This document shows, piece after piece, positions 1 through 12,400 of a stretch of 64,000 nt of DNA. Origin of the DNA: an uncultured bacterium (lineage in GTDB: Bacteria; Verrucomicrobiota; Kiritimatiellia; RFP12; UBA1067); the NCBI GenBank assembly GCA_902780865.1, contig CACZHC010000048.1, positions 2,890-66,889 on the forward strand, given 5' to 3'. Both the position numbers and the translations under genes were made by a program. Numbering within the stretch: position 1 is the first letter of the stretch; every line of letters begins with the position of its first letter. Below the pieces are notes generated by a model. That model ran no database searches. It saw only the letters and a list, made by a program, of their open reading frames with translations, and was not told the origin of the DNA.

Positions 1-3000
1 TCGAACTTGACCGATCCGGGGACGACGCTACCGGGCGAGAGGTGGATGAGCATTTCGCGCCTCGGGTTCATGCCGAAGTACTTGACGCCGGTCACTATGT
101 TGGAGTTGCCGTTCTCGGTGACCGAGACGTTGCCCTGCCCGCCAAGCGTCCAGACGGCGTCGGGAATGGTCGCGAGCTCTGGGTCGCTCCATGCCTTCAC
201 GACGACGGCCTTGTCGCCGACGGACTGGTTGCCGTTGTAGGAGAGCTTGAGCTCGATCGTCGGCACCGGGTACTCGTCCATCTGGATCGCGTCGACGCTG
301 AGAGAGCCAAGCTTCGTCGGCGCAGTGCCGGCCTGGAACTCGGAGTAGTTCGACCACCCGTCGCCGTCGGGATCGAGCATTTCGTCATAGACATACGGCG
401 AGACATCGTCCTCCTTGGCGAAGTATCCAGACTCCCAGACGTCCCAGACGCGATCGTGATCCGTGAAGATCTCGCCGACATAGAGCTCGTTGAGGCGATA
501 GAAGTAGTCGGAAACGTTCGGGTTCACGCTGAAGGCGTCGTCCGGCGAGAATTCGGCTATCGAGAACACTTCGGCGAGCAGATACTCGACGTAGTTGGAG
601 AGGCCGTCTCCGTCGAAGTCCTTGACGCCGTCGGTGCCCTTGAGATGGTACTTCCAGGCGAAGTAGTCGGTTACGCCGTCTCCGTCGCTGTCCACGTCCC
701 AGGGATCGGTCGGGTAGTTGCCGCGGTCGTACTCATGGACGTCCGCGAGCTTGTCGCCGTCGTGATCCATCGACCTGTCGTCGAAGACCCACGGGCTGAT
801 GACCTTCGGGCTCGGCTCCATCGAAAGTTCCTGAGCGCCGCCATGGCCGAACATCACGTAGAGCTCCCAGCCGTCCGCAATGCCGTCGAGATCGTTGTCG
901 CTGTCGAACGGCCTGAGCGAATACTGCGCCCACTGGCCCTTGACATTGACCTCGTCCTCGCTACAAAGCCCAAGCGCCTCGAGGTAGCGGATGACCAGAT
1001 ACTTGTCGAGCGCCGTGAACTCCTTGGTGTTGACGGCGGTTCCGTTGGCGAAGGCGACTGGGTTCGCCGTCCGAGGATTGAAGCCGAACTCGTCGTACAC
1101 CTGCCAGTGGACAAGCACGACCTTGCCAGACGAGACGTCGATGACGCGGTTCGTCGTGCCGGCCGCCGCCGTGAGCTGCACCTCGGCGCCGCGTCCGTAG
1201 CAGCTCTCGACGCCGTTGCTCGTGACGACGGGGTAGTCGTACGGAACGTAGAGCGAGTACCCGTCGATGGAGTCTCCCCTGACAGGCGGCAACTGGCCTT
1301 CCTTCAGGATGTAGTTGACGGCATCGGAGCCGTCGGTGTTCCTAACCGTCACGATCGTGCAGTCCTGCTTGACAAAGGCCATCACGTCGCCTTCTGCCGC
1401 CTCGACTGCGTCGTTGAAGTTCGGGTCGAGGTCGGCGAACTTGACTTCCCATCCGTCGGGCATGCCGTCGCCGTCGGTATCCCAGATTGTCGACTCGGTG
1501 GCGTAGCTCGGCTCTTCCTCGTCGAGAAGGCCGTCGCGGTCCGTGTCGCCGGAGGCGGCAGAGGACGAGCTAACGTCCGCGTCTTCAAGGCAGTCGGGAA
1601 TCTCGTTGCGGTTGATGTCGGTGTCCTCAATGAAGATCACGACCTTCGGCGGCTCGCCAGTCAGGTAGAGCTCGTCGGTCACCGTTACGTCACGCGGGGT
1701 GTAGATCGACAGATGGGCGGTGCCGATGTAGTTGGCATAGCCCCACGACTCGTTCACGTCACGGCGACCGTTGTTGTTCGCGTCGATATAGGCCATCAGG
1801 TAGACGGCGCCGGGCTCGATGCCCATGAACGCCGCGTTGACCGTGTCGATGTCGTCGATGTCGTCGAGCTGCGACACGTCGGCGCGCAGCTGCGCGAGCG
1901 GCTGACCGGCGAAGTCGGCCGACTTATGGACTTCGACGACGACCTGTCCCTCTGGCGCCTCGCCCGGGCCGAAGTAGCGGACAACTGCGCCGCACTTGCC
2001 GTAGCCAGTAGGCAACTGCGGATAGCGGTTTGCGTTCGCGACATCCATCTGGAACTCGGCCCATTCGCCCCAGCCCGCGTCAGGCGAGTTGTACTTGGCG
2101 TTCATCAGCGTCACGCGCCAGAAATAGTTGCTGCCGTCCACGAAGACGGGAGCGCCGTTCGTCGCGACGGAGTCGTTCACATACAGCTGCGGCGTGAACG
2201 TGCAGCCGATGGTACCGACCGCAGTCGGGACACGGCCTGGCAGAGTACGGATGCCGGAGTCGTAGACGACGTCGGCCGCGTTCGTAGACGTCGAAACCTG
2301 CAGGCGGAACGCCGTCATCGTGTCGTCGGGCGACGTGAACGTGAAAGTCGGCGCCGCGCTGTAGACAGGCGATACAAGCGTCGGCGACACGGGCGCCGGC
2401 TTGACGCGCTGCGCGTTGAACGTGTTTACGAACGTCGACAACGCGATGTTCGTCGAGCTGCCGTCGGGCAACGTGGCGGTGGTGGATATCTCGTACTCGG
2501 CCGTCTTGAGGTCAACACCCGTGATTCCGAGCTTCTCGGCGTCCTTGGCGAGCCACTTCCAGTCGAGATCGAACTTGTCGTCCGAGAGGACGTCGGCCTC
2601 CGTCAGATAGGCGCGGTCATCCAGGACGACCGTCTTCGAGACGAGCACGCGCTCAGGCACCGTCTTGTCGCCGACCCTCGGCTGGCCGTTCAGACTTACA
2701 CGACGTACGAGGACGTCGGCCGTCAGACCGGCCGCAGCGATTGAGGCTCCGCCGCCTTCGCCGCCCGCGGCAGCCTCGGCGGGCAGCACACCGCTGGAGA
2801 TGCCCTTGACCACCGCGCGGTCGCTCGAGCCGTCGGCAAGCAGATAACGCGGAATTACAGTCGAGGTGTCCTTTAGTTCAATTACCGTCTCGGCCGTCTT
2901 GTGCCAGCCAACGTTGACATTGCGCACGACACCGTATGGCTCGCCAGGCGTGTAAACTCCGTCAAGATTGAGGTCAATCCACGCCTCAATGGTGTTGAGA

Positions 3001-6000
3001 CCCTGTCTGACGCGACCGGACGAAGGATTGTTGAGCCACAGCGTTTGCGGCCACTCGGTGCTGATCGAATAAGTGTATTCGAACTTCACCAACATTCCGT
3101 CAGGTTCAAGTCCGGCCGTCTCAAGCTGCGCCGGATTCAGAGTGAACTCACCCGTTATGAAATTGATGCTGCCAAACACGCTTTGATCGGTGGTCTGAGC
3201 GCTCGAAATTATTATGTCTCCGATGCGCCCGTCGTCGCGGCTGACCGCACGTCCAACAATTTCAAAGTCAAGTGCTGGATTATCAAGGATAACATTATCC
3301 CGCCCATAGGAACGAACGTCTGCGACATAATCTGGGAAAGTTCCTCTGAAATACCAGCAATCCACAGCTGTCCCATCGGCTCTGGTCAATGTTGTCGTAG
3401 CTATATACGTGCCAGAGGAACTTGGCGCCCTTATGCCATCACGCCACTGGACATCCTCCCTATAAATCGATCTCGGAATGCCCCAATAACTGACGCCTTC
3501 TTTTGAAAGATGCAAGCCGTAAACATAGCAAGAGGTTGGAACCACATTGCCCGGTTGCAAGAAGCCTTGTATTGGCGTGCTATTATCAATAAATGCCCCT
3601 ACGGTGTATACAGCCATGCCGACCTCAGCCGCCTCTGGAGCCACAATGGTAAACGTTGCATCTGTCCTTGCACGGCCAGCGGTCATTGTCCTGACAACGA
3701 CCGACTTCCCGGAGATGTCCTGGATGTTGCCCTCAGGATAAGTGAACCTGATGCCGATCGCCGGCTGCGGGTAGTTCTTGAGCGACACGTCGTCAGAGAG
3801 ATACTTCGTGATCAGGTCGGAGAGCAGCGTGCCGTACCATGTTGCCGCGCGGTTCTCGCTCCAGTTGTCCCAGCCGTCGCCATCCACATCCCTGTCAGGA
3901 TCGTAGACGTGCGAGTTTACGTAGGCGAGCGGGAAGCTGTTCTCCCACCAGCTTTCCATGAAGTCATGGTCAGTGACGATTTCGCCGTAGTATTCATTCG
4001 CATTGATGTGGCGACCGCCATCGTCGAACGCCTTGGGCGCACGGAGATAGTAGTCCGGCACACGCTGGTCGGCCTTCGTCGAATAGGCGTTCAGCGGGCT
4101 GATGAACGCCCAGCCGTTCGTGATGCCATACGGATACGGGCCGAAGCTGATGAGGTATTCCGCGTAGTTCGGAAGTCCGTCCTTGTCGGGGTCGTCCTCG
4201 GCGCCGTATCCGGCGACGCCGAACAGGTTCTCCCACCAGTCGGGGATGTTGTCGGCGTCTGCGTCAACTGTCGAGGCGTATTCGGGATGGTACTCGCCAT
4301 CGGGCTGCATGCCGAGCGCGAGGTCGACGGTGTAGGCGATGTAGGCGGGCATCTGAGCGCCGTTCCAGTCGACCATGGAGTTCCAGTCATAGCCGCCCGC
4401 CGGGTCGAGACCGTAGAGGTCCTCCCACCAGTCAGGAAGTCCGTCGGCGTCCGTGTCGACCGATGTGTATTCCCAGGCGTCAGCGACGCCGTTGCCGTCC
4501 CACATGGCCGGGCAGGTCTTCGAGTACGCGCCGCCCATCGGGACGAGATCGGCCGTGCCGATGAAGTCGGAGCGAATCTCGTACTCGTAGCGGCAGACGA
4601 GATCTTCGAGCAGGAAGTTCTCGGGATCGGTCTGGGCGAGCAGGTTGAGCTTGAAGAGACGCTGGTAGCGCTCGAGGAAGTAATTGTGGTAAGGATACGG
4701 CATCGCCGAGTTGTTGAGCGCGTACTTGGAGAGCTCGTGCTGCGTCGCGGTTGTGGTGTAGCCGCCGAGATAGTCGGAGTAGAGGAACGAGTCGACGACG
4801 CTGCCGTCCATGACCGGGAGGTGGTGGACGGTGTTCTCGATCCACGGCATGACGGCGTAGTCGGTGTATACCGTGCTCTTCGTCGCGCAGGCGTCCCACC
4901 AGCCGATGTTCTCGCTGAAGGCGGCTGGTTTGCTGACGAGTTGCCCGCGGACAGCCGTGTCGAAGCCCATCGGATTAGTCGCGACGTCAGCGGCGTTGAC
5001 CGCGCCCGGGAGTGTCGTAAAGTCGTAGAGCTGGACGAGCTCGGCCGTGAGCCTGAGCTTGCCGTCGTTGTCGTTGCGCGACGCGTCGGCGTTCGGGCTC
5101 ATAAGGTGCGCGTAGACCTCTTCGCGATTCGCCGAGGCATCCGCCTTCGTCATCTTTTTCGCGTAGTTCGCGGAAATCTCGCTCGCTGTGCGCACACCGT
5201 CCCAAATGCGGACCTCGTCGACATAGCCCTTGAACCACTCGTCGCCGTTCATGGCGTCGTAGGTGATGGTGGCCGTGTCGAACGCCGCCGCGCCGCCGTC
5301 GCCGGCCGGGAGCGGCCTGCCGCCGATGAAGAACGCACCGGGCACCGCCTCGTAGGAGAGCTGCGTGAAGGCGTTCGTGTACGTCGGGTCCTGAATGATG
5401 ACGGTGACGCCGTTGGCCGGAATCAGCGACGTCGGCTTGCGGCCGCGCTCGATGCCGTTCACGTAGAGGAGAAGCGCCTTGCCGTCGTAGGTCATTGCGA
5501 CGTGGGTCCACTCGTTGAGGGGCACCTCGGGACCGTCGACAGTCTGGCTACTGACGGTGTCGTTGTCGCCGGAATCCCTGGCGTCGTCGTTGTCGAACAT
5601 GCCGTAGACCCTGCCGTCAGCCGTAAGCCCGAGGCGGAAGTTCGAGCGAATCGCGGCCTCGTTCTTGTTGATGGCGTCGTAGCCGTAGAGCGAGCAGCGG
5701 TCGAGTATCGTCTGGGCTGCCTTCTTCTCGGGACGGATCCACGCCTCGACGGTGAACTGCTTGAAGAAGTCTACCGTCGTCGCGCTCGGCTCCTTGCCCT
5801 CGAAGATGTCGCGCATAAACATGGCGCGCGACTGCACCCACGACCTGTTGCCGTCGAGATAGAGCGCCTGACGGCGCGCAGGGTCCGTGAAGTCGAGCGG
5901 GTCGCTTCCCGGACGAGTCGTCGTTATGATCTCGTGGCCGTCGCTCTTCCAGTCGTTGTCGGTGTCGTAGCCCTCGTTCTCCTCGAACGCATAGAGGTAG

Positions 6001-9000
6001 CTGAAGCCGCCGTAGCCGCCGTCGGGCGTCTGGGGCGAATAGGGATCGTCGAAGCCGACCAAAAGCGGCCAGAACGGCATGGCGGTGACCGGCATGGTGT
6101 TCTGGTAGTACTGGGCCGTATAGCTGGCGGGCGAACTCGTGTCGGTGAACCAGAGCGGCGTCGGGTCGGTGTGAGTCGTCATCGGGCTCGTCAGGTTCGC
6201 CGTGACGCGTTCGGAGTCGTTCCTGAGGCCGTCGCCGTCGGGATCGGCCTCGCCTGCGCCCATCGACCACGGATAGCGGAACGGATCAAGGGCCGCGGCG
6301 GCCTGGAGCGGCGTCGGATCGGCGATGCTGCCCGGCATGCCCATGAGCGCGACGATGCGGTTGAAGTCGGGATGGGTCCACTCGTTCCAGAACGCGTTGT
6401 AGAAGGCGGGCGCACCCCAGGCAAGGGCAATTATGTCCTTGGCCCCTGCCCCGGTCGAGCCAAGGAGCGGGTTGAGGCCGTGGAACATCTCGTAGTAGTC
6501 GTCCATGCCGTCGCCGTCAGTGTCGGCGAGACGAGGATCGGTCGAGACGTAGACGCCCGCAGGAGGCATCATGATGCTCGGCTGTATCACGGCGCAGGTG
6601 ATCATGCGGTCCCAGTAGTGGATGGGCGACGCCATGTAGCCGTTCTTGCGCCAGCCGGCAGCGACCCAGGGCGTCGAGTACATGTAGTTGTAGCCGTCGC
6701 CGTAGTACTTTCTCGCGATGACTGTATTGCCGGGCACTACGTTCGTGATCACTTCGTAGACGAAATTGGTCATTTCGGCACCCGTGAACTCGTTGATGGT
6801 GACCGTGCTGTCAATGGCGTTGGTGACGATCGAGACCACAGCGCCGTCGCCCCAGTTCCCGATTGCCGTGAAGACGAACTGGTCTGCATCCTGCATCATC
6901 GGCGTGAAGGCCGGTGCCTCGTTGATGACGTGGTTGCTGAGAAGCGGCCCCATGGGATTCATCAGATCGTACTCGCCCTCGTCGAGATAGCGGCCCATGA
7001 GCGGGGTCGTGATGTCGTCGTAGCGGAAGTGGCGCACCTGCTGGACGAGATACTCCTGGTAGTTCTGGAGACCGTCATGGTCGAAGTCGACGTCGCGCAC
7101 CGTGCCGAGAAGCGGGTCGGTCGAGTTGCCGCCGTCAATCGGGTCGGTCCATCCGTCGCCTCCCCATGTCGCGTCCATGCCGCCGCAGATGTAGACGACG
7201 TTGCTCGCGAGCGCGAAGCCCGCCGCATTGAGGCCGTCGGACGTGAACGTCGCCTCGGCGATATCGGGGTCGAAGTTGGGAGCCGGCCCCACGTACTTGC
7301 GCGTCAAGGCGTCGACGGCGATGCCGGCGTACTGCATCTCCCACGGGTCGGGGAGACCGTCGATATCGGTGTCAACCGTGCACGGGTTCATGCCGCCGCC
7401 GCGCACGCAGCAGGTGATGGAATCCTGCGGATTGCCGTAGATGAACGTCATGCCGGCCGCGGTAGGCGCAACAATGTAGGAGTTGCCGCCGTTGTACCAC
7501 GTTCCGCGCCACGCCATGCCCTCATAGCCGTCGAGGATTCCGTCGCCGTCGGTGTCGGGATTGTCCGGGTCGGTCGGGAAGAACTTGTTGAACCAGCCCT
7601 GCTGGAAGCCCTCTCCCGCCGGGTGGAGGCCGGGATGGTTGTTGTAGATCGACCCGTCCTTGTCCCACGGCTCGCCAAAGCCCTCTCTGTCTCTGCCGAC
7701 AGCCGTCGGCCTGGAAGGCGCCGCGTTCGGGTTGCGGCCCTTGTAGAGCTCCCAGCCGTCAGGCACGCCGTCGCCGTCGGTGTCGGCGCCATGGCCCTTG
7801 ACTGGGCTCTTCGTACTGCCGGCCTCGGCGAATGCATTTGCAAGGTATTCGGAGATGTTTGCGGTCGCCAGAAGGTTCGCCGACGTTTCCGTGTCGTACG
7901 TCGTCGCGTTTTCCGTGGCGTTGGTCTGGTTCAGGATCGCCTCGATGTCCGTCTTCGCGTACACGATGTTCGGCTTGGTCGTGAAGGCGAGGAATGTCGC
8001 CCAGATGTCGCCTGGGTCGTATTTGCCGTCGTTGTAGTACACGATGCCGAAATCGTGGCGGTAGCGCATGACGAGATATTCGTCGTAGTCCGTGTATGGA
8101 TCGGTGTTGACCGCGGCACCAGTCGAGTCGAGCGGCGAAAGGGCGAGGTTGATCTGCGGGTTCCAGCGATCGGCCACATAGCCGGCGCCGTTCTTGTACC
8201 AGCCCGTGCGCGGATCGAAGCCGAAGGCCGCTTCAACCTGGTCGTGTATGAGGATGTGGGTAGTGTTGACGAGCAGGGTTCCCTCGGGGATCGTGTACGC
8301 GCCGCGCCTAAACACCAGATTGCCTTCAGCGTCGCGGTACTTGTGGTCAAGCATCGGGTAGCTCCAGTGCCAGACGGCGGGAATCGGAATTGGCGGAGCG
8401 TCGGTTTCGAGACCGTAGAGGTATGGGGCCCCGGTGGCGTCCAGCTTCTCAGGAGCGACCAGCGCGCTCGCGAGCGGGACGTCGCGAATCGTGATAGCGC
8501 CCTGGGACGTATAGCGCATTATCGTGCTGTCGCCGGCGTCGGGATCGTTCGCATCGACCGTATAGCGCCTATTGTCATCGTCGTCGTAGTAGTAGTAGAG
8601 CGGATAGTTGTCGTCGCCGTTGGCGTCTGTTGGACTGACCGTCTGGATGTAGAAGCCATTCGAATCGTAGTACTTCTTCATGGCATACATCTCAATGTCC
8701 CTTGTCTCGTAATCGCGGTATTCGCGGAGTTCCGAGCCAAGGTCGAAGACGTATGTGGTGGGGGCGTTGGGGTCGGCGTTCGGTATCTCTGCGGCAAAGT
8801 AGCGGCTAAGCTCCGTGTACGCCATGAAGTCGCCATCGGGGTTGCCGACCTTCGAGCCGTTCAGCGGGTCGAGCGAATGCAGAACCTCCCAGCCGTCGCA
8901 CATGTGGTCGCCGTCGGTATCCCAGTGGCAGGGATTTGTGCCGATGACAAGCTCCTCCAAGTCCGTGAGGCCGTCGCCGTCGAAGTCGGGGTTGAAGTCC

Positions 9001-9450
9001 TTGACGGTCATGTCGAGCTCGACGCACGGGTCGAAGCGCTCAAGCACCTCCGCTGCGGGGATCTCGATGCCCCTGACGATGTCATTCGGGTTGAAGCGCT
9101 CGAAGACGAAGAGCTGGCCGTCCCTCGGCTTGCCGAGATCGGCTCCCTTGCCGCCATTTCTCGCCGCCGGCGCCCAGACCTTGGCCTGGTACCAGAAGAA
9201 GTATTCCCAGCCGTCGGGCATGCCGTCGGAGTCGGTGTCGTCCATCGTCGGATCCATGCGGTACTGCTCGCCCACGCCGCGCGGCTCAGGGCTCCAGAAA
9301 CCGAGGTCGAAGCCGTCGGCATCGGTCCAATCGCGATTGTTCTCTTCCTTGAAAGCCGCCTTGTACGCCGCCTGCTCGGCGTCGCTGAAGCTCGGGTCGC
9401 TCAAGGTCAGGCTCGTTTCGTTGAGGCCGTGGTGGAAGCCGCGGAACGAG
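1..9450 (-). CDS. Giant secreted/surface protein, distal part (3' end lies beyond position 1): thrombospondin-type-3-like Ca-binding repeats plus LamG/concanavalin-like domain
   Basis: My own reverse-strand translation stays open from about 9450 down to 1. It is absent from the ORF track because no stop falls inside the window. It reads ..SFRGFHHGLNETSLTLSDPSFSDAEQAAYKAAFKEENNRDWTDADGFDLGFWSPEPRGVGEQYRMDPTMDDTDSDGMPDGWEYFFWYQAK.. DxDxDGxxD motifs recur (DTDGDGVPDGWELY, DSDGDGVTDYFAW, DPDGDGWSNYSEF). A LamG-like block DFFKQFTVEAWIRPEKK...GYVDEVRIWDGVRTASEISANYAKKM lies at about 5150-5780. Plus-strand ORFs 42..2744 and 3510..9455 are R/V/D/G/H-rich antisense shadows. Confidence 0.8.
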
Positions 9451-12400
9451 GTTGAGCTTGCCCTGCGCCTGCCACACGCCGGGGATGTAGTCATCGTCCG
9501 GGTTCCCGGCGGCGAGATCGGTGAGGTCGGCTTCGGTCTTGTCGCCGCCGGTCATCGTCGTGATGAGCGAATCGATGCCGTTGCCCCACGTGGCGATTGC
9601 GAAATAGTCGGGAATGCCGTCCTGGTTGATGTCGCCGAGGTTGTCCTCGGGCTGCCATTCCTTAGCGAAGACGGCCTCCGCGTAGACGGGAATGTACGAC
9701 TCGTCCTCGGTCGTCGCGGTCGGGAGGTAGGCCGTCGCAGGCTCGGCCCTCGCGCTCGGCTGCTCGGGCGCGAGCGTGAGCGTCCACTCCGGCGGCCCGC
9801 TCTCGGTCTGCGGGTTCGAAATGAGCCAGGCGTAGAGGAAGCTGTCCTTCGTGGCGTCGGGATAGGGATAGAACCCGGCGGTCGTGTCGGCGGTAGCTGC
9901 CTTTGTCGTGCCCGAGCCGGTCTCGTCGAGCGCGAGGTCCATGCCGTTGTCGAGCCAGCCGTTGTCAAAGTCGCCCACGCGGTAGCCCCACGCAAACACG
10001 TCGACCGTCGACGCGGACGAGCAGTTCCACCTCAGGCGCCAGTAGGTGCCGTCCGAGAACGTCGCGCCGGGGACGTAGAGGTGACCTTCGCCGCGGCCGC
10101 CCTTGAGGGCCGTGCGCGAATACTTCTTGGAGAGTTCGCTGTTGCCGAAGCCCGTCGGGCCGTTAGGAATCGTCGTCAGGAACTTGGACGGCCTGATGAA
10201 GTACATGTACGTCCAGGTCTGGATGCCGCCGTCCTTGTCCTGGATCGTGAGGACTACGGTCTGCTCCTTCTGGCGCGAGCCGAAGTTCGGGACGAACGTG
10301 CCGCTCCACTCGTCGGTGTCGGTTACGTAGAATGTCGTTTCGTTCTCGCAGCCCTTGAAGGACACCTTGATGCCGGGACCTTCGCCCGAAGGCCATACGG
10401 TGGTGAAGTCGTAGTCGACGTCGTTGCGGATTTCCCAGCTGATCGGATAGGAGTCCGCCGCGCCGCCGGCGACGTTCCACGCATTCGTGTTCTCGTCCGT
10501 GACGTAGCCGAACTCCGGCGTCATGTTGTTGATGTAGATCTTGGTCTCGTGCGGCGTGTAGTACTCGGCCCAAGTCATCGTCGGGTCGGAGGATATCCCG
10601 TCTGAAACGACCTCGGCCTTGACGGTGAAGCCCTTGGAGCTCGAAAGGCGCGTGCCGTCCATCGAGTCGATGTCGACCGAGATCGTCTGCGCGGAGTCGA
10701 AGCTGATGTAGTACTCGTTGGCGGCGAGCGCCGGGTAGCCGGCGGGCACCGTCTTGAACTCGTTCGCGAGGACGAGCGCCCCAGGGTTGACGCCCTCGGG
10801 CGGGGTGACCGTCAGCTTGACGACGATGTCCTCGTCGGAGTCAAAATAGCCGAGACCGACGTCGAACTTCGCCCTCGTGCCCGGGGGCAGGAACTCGTCG
10901 TAGGAGGAGTCGGCCGTAATCGTGATCGTGGGGTTGGACAGGACGACGAAGGAGATGGAGTACGTGACGGCGGAGAACCGCGTCATGTCCTTGTCCTTCA
11001 TCTGGATCTTGACCGTCCACGTTCCGGCGCGCGGGAAGTTGTAGACGATCGGGCATTCGTTGATGTTCATGCCGTCCGGCACGACGGTCGTGAAGACGGT
11101 TCTCGCGGCGTTCGCCGTGGTCGTCGGGGTGGTCACAGTGCCCGTCGTGTCGTGCTCGACCGTTCCGTTGACAACCGCCTGCCCGTCGCGGTAGGCCGTC
11201 CACTTGTAGGTGAAGCCGTGCTTCAGGTCGTAGGAGACGTCGTCGAACTCGGGCTGGATCGTCTGGTCCTGGCCCTTCGGATACTGGTTGGAGAAGGTAT
11301 AGCCGTCGCCATCGGCCTCAAAGCCGTTGAGCGACACCGTGACGAAGTTCGGTTCCTTGTTGTAGACCGTGATGTTCAGCATCTCGGTCGTCGCGTAGCC
11401 CGGCATCCTGACGCCGGTGTACTCCTTCGTCTTGCTGAGCACGACGGAGAACGTGTAGTTCTGGCCCGCGTCGTCGGCCGAGAGGCCGTCAAGCACCGTG
11501 AAGGAGCCGTTGACGAAGCTGCCGACCTCGGAGATCGTGAGGCCAATGGAACCAGGCGCGGCCGCCGTCGCGTCCGTCAGAATCGCCTTCGCGCCCGTGC
11601 CGCCGAACATCGAGGCGTCCATGTCGCCGTTGCAGAGCAGGAACGCGTAGATCGGCTCCTCGGTGTCGTTCTGGGCGCTGAGCGAGATCCTGAAGTGCAC
11701 CGTGTCGCCCTCGATGTAGTTGTCGGGATCGGGGTCGAGGCAGGTCGCGCTCGTCGTCTTCGCGGGAGTCACGTTCACGGTGAACTGGACAATCTCGCTC
11801 TTCTTGCCGCTGATCGGCGAAATGACCTGGATCTGCGACGTCTGCGCGCCCGACGCGGAGTACTTCACCGTCGGCGGGTTGCCGCTCGTGAGCCCTATGA
11901 GCTCGCCGCCCTCGCCGCTCGCCTTGAACCTCTCGGTCAACGTCTGCCAGCTGGCCGTCGAGCCCGTCTTGATGCGCACCTGGTAGCCCGTGTCCACGTC
12001 CGTCATGTCCGCGTACGTGTCCTCGACGGCGACGTTGATCTCGAGCTCCTCGCCCGACGTCACTTCATAGACGCTCGTGACGTCAGGGGTCGTGATGACC
12101 GGCTTCGCGGCGCTGATCCACACGCCCGCAGCCGTGACGCCCTGGATGCCGGCTGCCGCCTTCTCCTCGTCGCTGACGTAGGGCGTGAACTTCAGCTGGT
12201 GCCCCGTGCCGATGGTGTGAGAGTCGCCGCGGAGGGCATAGACGTAGACCGTCTTCGGCTCGGTTGAGTATGCCGGAATCGTGAACGTGATCTCGGTGGG
12301 GTCGGGAAGCGTCTGGACCGTGTTCTCGCTCGTCGAGAAGCGAACGTAATCGCCCCAGCTGCCGGTCGCGGTCGTGTCCTCGAACGTCGTCTTGAGCGTC

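Noticed and set aside
42-9455. Very long plus-strand ORFs 42..2744 (900 aa) and 3510..9455 (1981 aa)
   Set aside because: Their translations are dominated by R, V, D, G, H, A and L with no recognisable motifs. The opposite strand reads clean TSP3/LamG protein sequence. They are antisense shadow ORFs, typical of high-GC genes.
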